DNA of 64,000 nt, from positions 14,820,001 through 14,884,000 of the forward strand of contig NC_045696.1 in the NCBI RefSeq assembly GCF_009834535.1, written 5' to 3'. The notes beneath the pieces were generated by a model. It searched no databases and was not told the origin of the DNA. It was given only the letters and a program-made list of their open reading frames with translations. The DNA comes from Camelus ferus. Taxonomy: Eukaryota. The translations under genes and the position numbers were made by a program. Shown piece by piece: positions 47,310 to 60,315 of this stretch (positions are counted from its first letter, which is position 1; the number at the start of each line of letters is the position of its first letter).

Positions 47310-49870
47310 GTACCAGATGGAGGAAAAAAACAATATCAAAAGTAATTCTAGAATTGATCATTTTGGAACTGAAAAATATATTTTCAGAAATGTCCTTGGA
47401 TGGACTTAATAGCTGAATAGACTTGACAAAGGAAAGAGTAATGAACTTCATGATAAATCAATGAAAATGATCTAAGGTAAAACATGGTGAGAAAAACAAA
47501 TAAATGAATAAAGGACTTGTTTGATGATCTTAAATAGTATGTTACATATATAATTGGAATAGTAGAAGGAGCAAAAATTGAGGACAAAATATACGTAAGA
47601 AATAATGCTTAATATTTTCCAAATTTGATGAAAGGCATAGAATTGCAAATATAAGACGCCCTGTGGAGATCAAGCAGAAAAAAGGAAAAAAAGTTCAAAA
47701 TAAAGTGCACCACATTTCAATGGTTGAAAGTCAAAGATAAAGACTAGATTTTAAAAGTAACAAGGGAAATCAACATTACACACAAGGAGACAAAATTCCA
47801 ATTAGTGGCTGAGTTCTCACCAGAATCCTTATAAAAAAGAAAAGATGGAAACAGCAATGTTAAAGTGCTGAAAGAAAAAAAAATGGAAAGAGTTCTACAT
47901 CCATCAAAAACATTCTTCAATAATTAAAGTGAAATATAAGAGTATTTTCAGGTAAAAGAAAACCAGATGAATTCATTACCAATAGATCTGCTCTAAAAGA
48001 AATGTTAAAAGGAAGTTCTTCAGACTGAAAGACAATGATAGCAGAGGAAAGGCTATATTCTTAGAAAAGTAGGAAAAACATCTGAAATATCAGGATAGAT
48101 AGGACTTTTTTTATTTTTGACATTTTAATCTTAGTTTTTTATAAACTACGTATCCACATCTGTATCTATATCTACACCTATACTCATATCCATATCTGTA
48201 TAAAACATAGTCTTGTATGTTTGTAAGTATGTAAACGTAATGAAACAACTGTAACAAGATTTTAATATTTTAGGCAAAGTAGTACATAAATATACTATAA
48301 ATATATTACAGTACATAAAGAAACTAGAAAGATTTTAGGTTGTACATTGTAATCCTTATTCCAGTCATAAAAAAGTGAAAAAATTGTAGCTAAAAAGCCA
48401 ACAGAATAATATAAGTAGAATTGTAAAACATGCTCAAATAATCCAACAAATGACATAAAAGAGAATCAGAAGACTGAGACAGAGATGAAAAGCAGAAAAC
48501 ACTAAAAAATGTTGATCAGAAAATAAGCATATTAATTACATTCATTGTTAATAGATTAAGCAATCCAAGTAAAAGTAATATTTTCAGGATGGATTAAAAA
48601 ACAAAACAAATTATATGCTACCTACAAAGGACGTATGTTTAAAGACAAATTTAGTTTGAGAGTAAATGAAGGGAAAATGTATATAACTCAAGACTTAAGT
48701 ATAAGAAGACTAAAATAATTCTATTAATTTTAAATAAAAGTTTTCAAGACAGAGTATATCACCAGAATTAAAGAGGGAAACTTCATAAATGACAAAAGAT
48801 AAATTCAGGAGACATAGCAACCATAAATGTCAATGTGTTCAGTAACAGAATTTTTGAGTGTATAAAGGAAAAACAGAAAATTAAGGGGAGAAACGGGCAG
48901 TTTCATAATCATAGTTGGCAATATAAATACTTCTTTTTCAAAATCGACAGAGTAATGGAAGAAAAATCACCAAATTGATATAGATCTAAATGATATTTTC
49001 GACACCATCAGCCACCTTGACTTAATCGATGTTTAGAGAACACTAAAGTCAATAAAGGCAGAATATATATTCTTTTCAAATTCAAACGATACATTTACCA
49101 GGACAGACACAATTTTGGGACATGAAACAATTCTCAATACATTTTAAACCATTGAAATCATACAGCATATTTTACTGATATCAAAAGAGTATTTAACTAT
49201 GATGGAACTGAGTAAGAAGATTATAAAAATAATATAGCTAGAAAAACCCCAGACACTTGTAATTTACTTATAATCAACCCATGAGTCAAACAAGAAATCA
49301 TTAGAGAAGTTTCAAATTAAATGTTATATATAATTCAAATTAAATGTTAATGGAAACATCTTACATAAAGTTTTTAAGATACAGCTAAAGAAATGTTTAG
49401 AGGGAACTTACAACTCTATATTCCATATATACGTGTGTGTATGTATATATATATATATATATACGTATATATACATACACACATATGCACATATATATAA
49501 TTGCTTTTATAATATATAATTACTAAAAATCAATCATTAAATCTTCTCCATTAAAAGGTTAGAGGAAAAGAACCAAGTAAGCCCAAAGTAATTAGAAAGA
49601 ACACTATGAAGATAAAAGATATCAATGAAAAAGAACATGAACATATAAGGAAAATTAATAACAAAACGTATATTCTTTGAGAAGTTTAATAATATATATA
49701 ATCTCTAGCTAGTCTGATCAAGAAAAACATAGAAGGAAAGACCCACTACCAATGTCAGGCATGTAAGAAGTTATACAAATAGAGATATTATATGCTTTTA
49801 AAAGGATTCTAAAAGATTGTTAAGAATTTTATGCTAATAAACATGGCAACTTAGATGAAATAAATAATTT
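47310..49870 (+). mobile_element. Old LINE-1 (L1M4/L1ME-type), decayed ORF1 through 5' half of ORF2
   Basis: A-rich, with ORF1-like 'ttttccaaatttgatgaaag' and 'taaagtgctgaaagaaaa', and EN-like 'tatatgctacctacaa', 'ataatcatagttgg' and 'gcagaatatatattcttttcaaa'. No intact ORF. Confidence 0.85.
49425..49499. repeat. Compound (TG)/(TA)/(CA) microsatellite
   Basis: Directly visible alternating purine-pyrimidine tract inside the L1. Confidence 0.95.
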
Positions 49871-49879
49871 ATTCAGCCA

Positions 49880-50322
49880 CCGCTGCTGAAGAAGCCAGCT
49901 TCACACACGTTCCTGTGATCAACTCGCTTCAGCTTGCTTTCTGGTCCAGAGTTTTTTGGATGCTTTGGCTCCTACACTCCTGCAAACCTTAAAATACAAG
50001 TGTGTTCACACTCATAAGACAACTTGACCTTGACCAGTAGGAAAGGGTGAACAAGAGCCAATCGATATGTACTCTCTTTTTAAATTTTTTTCAGGTGAGA
50101 ACTGTGGGAAGTATTCTACTCACATTCTCAGATACCTCAATTGCTGTCAGGGGAATGAAGTCCCAATTACAGCTCCATTAGAAACTCTTACATTGGCTTT
50201 GTCTTGTCCCCTCTCTGCCTCTACCCAGTCCTCCATTCCAGTTTCCTGGCATCACAAACAAAAACAAACTATCCATAAGCAAGCCAATGTCTCAGATCCA
50301 GGTTTCTGGGGAAATATGACAT
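49880..50322 (+). mobile_element. ERVL LTR33-like solo LTR
   Basis: 'ccttgacca...aagagcca', 'cattggcttt' and 'tttcctggcatcac...aaacta...tgtctcag...ttctggggaa...gaca' follow the recalled LTR33/LTR16 consensus order. Confidence 0.7.
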
Positions 50323-53300
50323 CAGTGGGACCAGAAATTTTGAGAAATATCTGGAAAATAGCAGCCAGGATTGAAAGTGACAGGGGCAAAAAAAAAAAAA
50401 AAAAAGGAGCAAAATAAACATTTGTTGATGATTTCCAAATGAATAGCTTACAACAAAAGCATCTCTCTCCTCACTTTTTGTGATCATCAGGGCTCAGGTG
50501 TAGCTCTGACCCACATCCTCTTCACTCAGTTATCTACCTGGAAGGAATATTTCCTATCAGGAACAATGACAGATGTCATATCTAGGGGATGAGGGAAGCA
50601 TATTATTTCCACTCACATTTTGTTATACAAAGCTTGCCATGCGGCCACACTTGAGTTCAAATGAGCTAGATATATAATCCTCCAGCAGGACGGGATCTTG
50701 AATATTTGTAAAACTGACAGACGTTCAATTCAGTAAAACCTAGGAAAAAGCTAATGTGGAAAAATACCAAAATTTAACCATCTCTCTGGTTGCGAGATTA
50801 CTTTTAGATGTAGAAAAAAATTGTAGAGGATGAAAAATCTCTCTAACTGCAGTATAAGAAAAATTTTAACAAACTTTAGATACCTAAATTTCAAAAGTGA
50901 GAGGGGAGGGGTTATTTTACTGTAAGGAAAATGATTTACAATGAAATTATATATATCAAAAAAAATGTAGCACTGTAAATTTTTCTTACTGCTTTAATAG
51001 TCCCAACTTTGACTGTAAGCTTGCTTGTAACTTTTATTTTCCTAAACTCAGAATTTTTGATCAGCAAAATGCTAATTGGAAAAAAGACATATTTTTTCAT
51101 AGGAATAAATCTGAGATAACTTTTGCCAAATGTGCTAGTGTTTGTGAGCCTTATAAACATCAGCTGAATGCTGGAGAAAACCTTGCAATTTTAAATTGTA
51201 ATTTATTTCATTGATGATGCTGTTGCCTGTAACACCTGTATTAGGATTTACGTGTTCTCCAAAGTTAATGTGTTTTCCGAGTTAGTCTAATATGTGTTTA
51301 TTTTTTATCAAAGAACATTCTTGAACTTTTAATGACAATTTCCATCCTCAAATGTATAGCGTGAATGATTACATTGTTTTTAAAAGGAACTATATTGCCT
51401 ATAATTTAATTGGTAACTTCACTTCAAATAATATCAGAAAGTCACTAGCCGAGGTTGACCTGGAGATGTCTACTTGCATGAGATTAATTTTGTATTATAG
51501 ATCCGGCACTGATTTTAGCCAAACTATTAAGGAATTATAGATGTCATCATACAGTTTGAAGACATGAAATTTCATGCTCCCAACTAACGCCTCAAAGTAG
51601 TGTTGGGCAGATGTCAAACGAATGTAGCTTCAAGTATTTGCACCAAGTGATTCACAGTATTCAATGAGCTGTTTCTTCTAATTTCTATCAACCTTCTGTA
51701 TCTACCAGAAAAAGTGAGAAGGTGTGTAAAGAAAATGATAAGGTTTGTGACCATCACGAGAATGTTGATTGAGGCCAGCGTAATGTTGGGCAGGGATACA
51801 CTTCCATTTAATCGTCTTGGGAGCCTTAGGGGACACAATACACACTGAAGACAGGTTGAGGTGAATACTTGGAGCAGAGATACAGAGCTTCTTTTGAGCC
51901 AGAGTAGAAGGGTGATATGTGTGACTGCAAATCATTTATTTGAGCACGGCACTTAATTTTACTCCTCAGGGTAAAAGAAGTCAGCCTGCTGTCACAATGC
52001 CTGCTGTACCACGATATGCCAAGTAGATATTTTTATGTAATGGATTTAAAATGCCTCACAGGTATTGCATAACTGTAGTAACTCTTCTCACAAGGGTGGG
52101 CTGGTCTGAATTTGATAATAGCTACTGTTGGGATTGCCTGTGCTAAGCTAATAATTCAGGTTTACTTGTTGAATCCCGTTCTTTTGTTTTATAACTAAAG
52201 TCTGTTTTTCATTTGCATGTGTAAGTCGGCCATCTGCTTTGGTGACAAAGAGGAGGTGCCTCAGAAAAGGTTCTTAGACCCGGCTTCAGTGTTGAAAGCT
52301 TTATAAATCTATTGGATTCATATAAACATTTCTTCCTTAATCCAGGTCTGGCATTATTGATAATGATTTATTATTATTGTTTTTATTTTCAACACAGAAG
52401 GATGGAGAGATTTAAAGTTGTAATTTATTTTCCTTGTTTGCTGTGCAGTCCTACTTAGTGCATTTTTTTAAGTTTCGAGACTGATGGTTCAGAATGAGTG
52501 TGCCTGGCTGCCTGGCTAAACACTGCATCTGAAGATGGTACCTCTGACTCTGTCGGCATAACTGATCTCTGCAAATACCAGTGGAGAAGACTGTCAGCGA
52601 TGTATCTGTGGCATGTTAATCTCATCATTCTCTTCTCCCATTGCCTCTAATGTCTGCTTCTTTGAAAATAAGGGATCTAGGGGAGTTTACCCACAGTCTG
52701 GGTGAAATTGTGAAGGATGCCCCTTCCAACTTGGAGTGGATTCTTTCTTGCTGGTTTCCATTTCCAACTGTCTCCTAGGACTGGCTGGATGTAAATGAAA
52801 AATACATTGTGTTATTTCTGGCAAGCCTAAGAAATAATGCTCTTTGTAATAATTACAGATGTTTTTAATGCTCCTCTAAATGCATCTAAATTTAGTAAGT
52901 TGAGAATCTAAGTCTGGGCGTTGTAAACATATCTGTCAATTTGTTTGTTCCAGCACTTTTGTTGGATGTAAAATATTTTGGCCAAAGTAGGACACGATTT
53001 TAACTTACTCAGTGGTTGATTCTTACTCGTCCTACCACTCAAACTTTGATGAAAGCAAGTTGTCACTAAATTTTCCAAAGCTTACCACTTAAAATATATT
53101 TTAGTAAGATAGAATTCAATGAAATGATAGAGCTAAATGTCATGTGAGAAAAACAATAGCAATTAAGTGTTTATAATTTACAGATCTATATAGTATATTG
53201 AACATTATTCCATAAAAAAGAAATCACTATGCTTAAGTCAGCTTTAGTAGTGAGAAACCAGAAACACGACATTATGGTTCACATTAATATCCATTTCCTT

Positions 53301-53969
53301 TTATTCACTTCAAGTATATTTATTGAGTGTCTTCTGATATTAGTTTGTGAACTACTTTTTAAAGCAAAATGGTATGTAAGTATGTATTGGGGATGAATTG
53401 TCATTTTAAAAAATTTTGCAAGAAATTACTTTGTCAAATAGAGCACCTTAATTCTTATCTCAGTTTTTCTTTTAAAGGTGAAAGATACAGATTCGATTTA
53501 AATGTGATATTTGTGCAGCCTACAAAATGCTGACCATATAATGATTAAATGATAATATTCCTGAGCTAAGACTGCCGGGAGAAAGTTAATGGTATATCAA
53601 AAATACTGTTCATCAGTGTAGTAGAACACTGAGGAAAAAAACTGCGGTTTGGATCACATAAAGAAAGGAACACAGTATAAATTAAAATGTGAGCAGAATT
53701 TTAATGTGATAAAATAATATTTATGCACCTATTCTTTTATCTTTTGACTATTCAGTCTCAATATGTTTCTAAGTACATTTGAATTTCATTAACAAATTGA
53801 ATCATTTACAAAATCCAGATGGGGTGTTTGGAATATTAAAAAAGCATTAATAAGGGTAAGAAAGTTTTAAAGTTCAAAAGGAGATACTCAAGAAAAGCCA
53901 AGTGATGTTTTTGGTTTTCTATGGATAGTTGATTAGATATGTTTAAAGTGGAAGGGACTAGGTTTCTCT

Positions 53970-54500
53970 ATTAGAATAATTTTCGGTTTAAATAAAAAGT
54001 AGCCCAATATAAAAAAGCTTAAAGAACAGGGATATTAATTGGTTCCCCCCAAAGAGAGTCTGCGATTGGCTTAATCCACCAGCTCTTCTGCCCTTCTTCA
54101 TACGGTGGCCTTTTTCTCATGCGGGTACTAGTTTCAGGCCAATATTTAGGCAACTGCAAAGTGCAGTAGAGAAAACTTACTTCCCAGTGTCTCTCCTGAC
54201 AGAGAGAAAAAAGGAGTGAGAGAGAGAGGGGAGAAAAAAAACAAAACTAAACTAAAAATAACAGCAACGTAATCCCCCCATATTCCCAAACATACTTCCC
54301 TCATGTGCCTTTGGTGGGTAGGGTCACATGTCTTTCCGCCTGAACCAACTCTTGTGACCAGGCTAATGCCACATGCTGATAGGCTTCAGCCTGGTTTCAA
54401 TGAGAAGCAATCACTGGCAAGGACCATGGCATGATTTTAAGATCAATCAAACCATGTAAATAAAACTGGAGAGCGCTAGACTTCCCTAAAGTACATGAAA
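53970..54500 (-). mobile_element. MaLR LTR (MLT1K/L-like)
   Basis: 'gggtcacatgtc...cctgaaccaa...tgtgaccagg...atgctgatagg' and 'caatcactggcaagg' match antisense old MLT1. Confidence 0.65.
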
Positions 54501-54754
54501 TGGTCAGTTGATCTCCAATCTCTAAAATGTCAGTATTAATCTAGTGTGCCCTCACTACACATGCTTATTTTTCTGGGTGGAATAGCTTATCACTGTGTTT
54601 TGTAGCTCAGTTTCACCAGTAAATTTGAATATATAGTTTTTTTTCCAAGAAATATAAGGACCCCAAGAAAAGTATGTGTGTATATATATGTGTGTGTGCA
54701 TGAGTGCACACATGTGTCTATTTACACAACTAAGATGCTAATCAGCTTTGATTG

Positions 54755-54900
54755 CAGCTTCCCATTTATTTCTCACATAATTCCATTTGAAGTGGGTATT
54801 GTTATTAGCCTAGGCAGAAACCAGACGTATCTGTAGAGATGTCCAATGGACGTGGAAGTGACCATCTGTAACTGTCTAGATTCAGTCCTTTAATCCAACA
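54755..54900 (-). mobile_element. MIR fragment
   Basis: 'catttatttctcacataattc...gtgggtattgttatta' matches antisense MIR. Confidence 0.45.
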
Positions 54901-55736
54901 ATTTCCTCCCCAAAACAAACTGAGTCATGAAAAGTTGTTTGTTTCTAATTTTCTATAATTTTCTTGCTCTGGCAAAGCTTCCTACATTCCGCTGATTCAC
55001 TGCTCAAAGATAAATTGTTCTTCAAAGCTGTGAGATGTTAGTTTGGCCTGATTTCGCTTGAAGTTGGGTCCATCTCTGTCTTGACAGCCTGTGTCCTGTA
55101 AGTTTGGTTACTGTCGTGGCCATGATTCACCATGTCTAGCTGTTGGCCACGGCATTATGGAAACTTCTGAGTCTGAACCTTGTGATGACCCGTGTGCTGC
55201 TGACCAGGTTTCCTGTGGTCTAGACAGTGGCCTAAGGGGAAGATAATTTTTGTTAATACCTATCCCCTGAACTGTAGTATGGAAATATTGCTTATTTTCT
55301 GTTTATTTGAAATTATCTCAGAAAAATTATTTTCAATCTGTCTGAGAGTGAGTTACCATTTAATAGGTTACAACCCTGGATATTTAATGTGTGTTTATTG
55401 TTTAGTAAGGCATATTTTGGAGAGCATTTCATTTTGTACAATACTTGTCACTTTATTATCTCTAGTTTTTATATAACACAATCATTTTAGAAGTATAATT
55501 ATCACCCAAATAATTGTGTTTGAAAAATATGTAGTTCTCAAATATGGGCTTTTTATGAAATGGTAAATCTGCTAATATTCAATGTGTGGGATTTTTTTAA
55601 TGTGAAATATTGTATTATTTAATGACATCTGTCTATGCACCTATCTATCTATTTATCATCTTTCTTTCTTCCTCACACACTGTTATATTACAAGAAATCC
55701 TAAGATATAAAAGCTAAGTACTGGATTAACATGCAG

Positions 55737-56234
55737 TCATATTAGAACTGAATAATTCACTTAATAAAACAATTTATTGTATTAAGTTTCCCTAGTGCCT
55801 AGAACAAATAATCAATTTACTGTAATTTCATTTAAGCAATTTCTTTTCAGGAATATCTTAGTTGCCTAAACCTTAGTACATTTAAAGATGCCATTGATAT
55901 TTCCAGGGGGAAAACAAAATAAATCAATCTTGGTTCTCTGGGAGTGTAAGCTAGTTAGATGGATGAACAGATAGATAACACACAAGTACATGTGTCCATG
56001 TGATGTATTTTAAGTCACTAAAAGAAATACTTTTGTGTTTGTCCTATTACTGCTAGGTCGTATAAAGACATGTCTTTTTTTTTTTTTTTTTATTCAAGGG
56101 GTTATTATAGTCTCCTTAGTCATAACTACTTTGAAACTCTGAAACTCCTAACAATCATATTAGAGCTGAATCATTCACTTTATAAAACAATTTATTGTTA
56201 CGTTGTCCTAGTGCCCCTAACAAATATCAATTTA
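55737..56234 (+). repeat. Diverged ~80-bp direct repeat, two copies (55737-55819 and 56155-56234)
   Basis: Hand alignment gives about 85% identity. Shared core tcatattaga.ctgaat.attcactt.ataaaacaatttattgt...cctagtgcc...aacaaata.tcaattta. Confidence 0.9.
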
Positions 56235-57599
56235 AGAGTTAAGAGTTTCTTATTTCCATGTAAGTTCCTGTAATACTGTTGGGGAATCCCCTCGACCAAC
56301 TCCTTTTGCCAGGGGAATACCAGGAAGAAACCTTCACTCAACTGTTAGGGACACATCTTTTTCCCACCCTATCCATTCCTTGGAACCCCTGTTAGAATCA
56401 GCACCGGAACGTGTGGTGTAGTTTAGCGGAACAAAAATCAAGTTAAGACAGTGAGTTAGATTCAAGCCTCAGAGAAGTGTTGCAAGCCTAGCGTTGTTGT
56501 GATGTACAATGCTGGAACTGAACCAGAGACCAAAGTCCTAGTATTGTCAAATGGAGTCTTCTAATGACACGGTAGTTTTAAAATTTAGAATAAAAACTTA
56601 CTAATTTCCAGACAGTAGATCAACATAGAGATGGGATTGGTTTCATTCAACACCTGATTCCAATGAATACAGTAGAAAATCCCACAGCCTCCAGGGCATG
56701 GAGTTCTATCTTTATTTTATTTCCTATCTATTCCAAGCACTTACATCATTTGACTAGGAAAAAGAGTTGATCTAGCTCACATAATCTCACTATTTCTATT
56801 TGTAGTAATTCTGGGAGATAAGGAACAGTAAACCACATTTCTTTATTTCCTGTTTAGAGTTATAATATTTTGCCTTTGTATTATCCATCCCCCAATTAAA
56901 AGATTATTTGCCAAAAGTTTTGTGTTGTACCATATGATCACCAGTCTTCTCAGCCTCCTGTAATCACAACTTAGTATTTTCTTTATGTGGGGATGCTTTG
57001 TGACAGTTAAAATTTTTAAAATCAGAGGAATTGGCTCTCAATTTTTTAAAAGAAAGTACCTGAGATGATAGTTTCCTTTTCTCCCCCTTGGTATTTCCTG
57101 TAAAGCAAACTGGCACCTACAATTTCCAATGTCTAGTGGCAATTAGTCATTACTGTTTTAATTACTTAAAGGACACAATTCAAGTTCCAGCAAGTTTTTA
57201 TCTTCCCCACATCAGTTGGAATATAATTTACTCTCTTGGCAATGTCTCTAAATATCTGATCATCCAGTTTGTGTGCTTTGTCTTCTTGTTTCTGGGAAAT
57301 TAAATCTTATTTTAGAATTTCTTCCTTCACTAATTTGACACACCAAATTCTTACTGACGATACGCTGATGATGTGCAGCTATAAATTCTGGGTCTGAAAT
57401 AGTTAAAATTACATTTGAAAATTTGTCAGATTAAAATATATTCATTAGAATTTGCATACAATGGGGATAACAAAATAACTTTACATTTGACACAATTATT
57501 CTGATGGGCCTTTGATTTCTGATTCAAATGACAATAGTCTTCCATCCTTAACTCTCTCACCATTCTGTGTTGGGTGCGGTGAGGGGAGATGTTTTGTTT

Positions 57600-57787
57600 G
57601 TGCATCAAATGTGATTATTCTTGAGAAGACTTCTCTGCACTTGGGCTGGACTTAGGCTGAGATTCTAGACCGTGAGTCTCAGCCTGATGTTACTATGAGG
57701 AGAAGAGACCTTTGCAGGATATTGGGAAGGGCTGAAAGTACTTTGCATGTGGAAGAAATGTAAATAGCTGCTGGACAGAGGCCAGAT
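57600..57787 (+). mobile_element. MLT1 internal-sequence 3' remnant
   Basis: 'gtactttgcatgtggaag...cagaggccaga' is the MLT-int end and abuts the LTR start. Confidence 0.6.
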
Positions 57788-58568
57788 TTTGGTGGTTTTA
57801 AAACATGGCCACAAATTATTTGATAGTCTTTCATCAAGAGGTGGGAATATGTCCTTCTGCCCTAAATTTGGGCAGGTCACTGCCACAACCAATGAAATAC
57901 AGCAGAGAATGTTATATTTCCTAGGCCATGTCATAAAATACCTCACAACTTTCAGTCCCAGTATAAGAACTTCAATTGACAACCTCAACTAAGCCTGGCC
58001 TTTGCGTTCTTCCAACTCAGTTTTGTCAGCATATATATATGAAAAAGCCTCCAGATGACTCTAGGCCCCAGTTACTTGTGGCCTTTGAAGTCTTCCCAGT
58101 TGAGTTCCCAGATACAAAGTATCAGAGACAACAAACCATTCCCACTAGTCCTCTGTCCAAATTTTCCACCTACAGTATCTGTTGTTGACCTACAGTAAAG
58201 AGACTGCCAGATATTTCTCCAGCAAGAATGGGTTTATTCAGGATCAAGCATGTTGAGCCATGTGCAAGTCCCCACATGGTCAGGGAAAGAGAAGTTTTCA
58301 TAGAGGAGCAAAGGAAGTTGGGAGGTGAGACTAGGGTAAAGAGAGAGTCCGTGGTTTTTCATTGGCTGAGCTCCTGCTAGGAAAGAAAAGGAGTGTTCTT
58401 CCTTTTGGGCTCAGCTATCCTCACAGAGCTCCACCTGCTGGTCTCCCCACTTGATTTAGTTGAGTTCTCTGTTCATTCATTTTTTATACCATGAACATAC
58501 TAAAATCTTCTTTCCTTTACACCCCAAGTTTGGTTTGATTTTTATTCAGTACTTGAAACTGGAAAACA
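57788..58568 (+). mobile_element. MaLR LTR (MLT1G/H-like), split by an insertion at 58180-58488
   Basis: Starts 'tggtggttttaaaacatggccacaaatt'. Runs through 'cctccagatgactc', 'gtcttcccagttgag' and 'tgtccaaatt...acag', then resumes 'ccatgaacata...ccaagtttgg...aactggaa'. Confidence 0.8.
58180..58488 (-). mobile_element. ERV1-type solo LTR nested in MLT1
   Basis: Begins TG on the + strand. Minus-strand AATAAA at 58233-58238 and CCAAT at 58361-58365 lie in LTR order. Host MLT1 is colinear on both sides. Confidence 0.7.
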
Positions 58569-60199
58569 TATTCAGCATAAATCAACATAAGGTGGTCCAG
58601 CACCTGCTTATCTATTTTAGCTTTAAAGCTATGATTTGAAATTTCAGTCATAATATCACTTGGAAATTTTTTTAAACTTTTTCTCTCACCAGTACTTACA
58701 GCAATATATATTTCTAAGTAAACTAGAGACTTCAGATTTTTATTTAATTGTGAAAGGTTAGTTGTGTATTTTGTTTTAATAAAAAAAATTTAATGCTAAT
58801 CAGTTGTTTTATTTGAGTTTCTCAAGGTTCATGTTAACAGCCAAAGAATAGAAATATTTCATCAGGTTTTTAACATTCAATTATTTTACAAGAAAATGAA
58901 AGCTGCACTTGAATAAACTTTTTCTCTTCTGTTTTCCCTACTTTTTACTTGACTTCTAACCCATATCTCTAACATAAATGACCATCATCTGACATACACA
59001 ATGTGAAGAATTTTTAAGGATTAAGTCCCAGATTCTAAAGAAAATTAGTCACACAGACATATGCACACCTACATTTATTTACCTCTTAAGATTCAAAGAA
59101 TGTCAATAAACTCTTTCCAAGTCATTAAAGGCAATCCCAAATGAAATTAAATATCAATAAACTTTAAAAGATATTAACTAATTATATAAATGTGACCTTA
59201 TCTTAACATTTAAATAAAAATAATAATCTAAATTTACTAGACATAGAGACTTTTCATTATTAGTGACATTAATATTTTTCCTTGAGAAAATCTCCCCAAA
59301 GCCACTCTATTCTCAGAGGACCCACCCAAGCAGGAAAAGAAACACATTTAACTTTTATCTCTCTTTTGCTTCTGGTAAACAATCTGAGCCATCTTTTTAA
59401 AAATATCCTACAGATTGGACTGTTTGATTTGGTTGTCAATATCTATCTTCCAATATAAGAATTGCAATGGTACTCGTTAAAAATAAAGAACTGTCTTCAG
59501 TTAGTGGAGTCTGAGTATTTAAAGTCTGCTTTTGGAAATTTTGCTCAGATGGAAGAAATATTATTTATGCAGAATAGGAAAATATTGGAATTGCACAATG
59601 TTGAGTCTTCTTTAGAATCTAAGTATTGGCATAAATAAAAAGTTAAATTCTTTTGGAATAATCAATTGTAATAACTCAGTTGTAATTATTAGAGATTGAT
59701 TTTGCTACACTAAAGCCAAAACCATCTTCACAAAGAACTATCTATAACTCATAATTAATAAATCTCATTGTCCATGGTAAATTTCTTATCAGTTTCTTGA
59801 AACATTGTGTTTTAAAAAACAGTATTTTCTTTCTTCAACTTTTCCCCACTGAGGACCATGCTACATTTTTCTCTGAAGGAAAAAACCCTAAAAAATATTT
59901 TAGTTAGCCCAATTCCACTCCATATAAATTGAATAAATGTATACCCACCTACTTACATATATATATATAAAAGCTATGTTCTCCAAAATATACATCATAT
60001 TAGGCCATCTTAAATATTAAACAACATCAAATAGCAATAGCATAAGAGGAAAATAAACCTACAAATGATTGGACATATGTTTTTAAATACAAATTTCCAA
60101 AATGTTTATGTTTTTGCTAGAAAAACAATATGTAACTGGGAAATAAAATAGGTAAAAAAAACTCCATATGTTTAACTTTGCTTTTATCAAAGTTTAACT

Positions 60200-60315
60200 G
60201 AGACCTTGAAAAGTTCTCCAGTATTTTGATTTTCTATTTTACTACAAAATTGTCCTCACATCTCTCAGGGTTATTGTAAGGGTTTATGAAGAACACAGGT
60301 ACAGAGTAAGTAAAA
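60200..60315 (+). mobile_element. MIR fragment
   Basis: 'ctcagggttattgtaagggtttatga' matches the MIR 3' core. Confidence 0.45.

Noticed and set aside
55112..55154. Pre-miRNA hairpin
   Set aside because: The stem is only 11 bp with a 21-nt loop, far shorter than a Drosha substrate.
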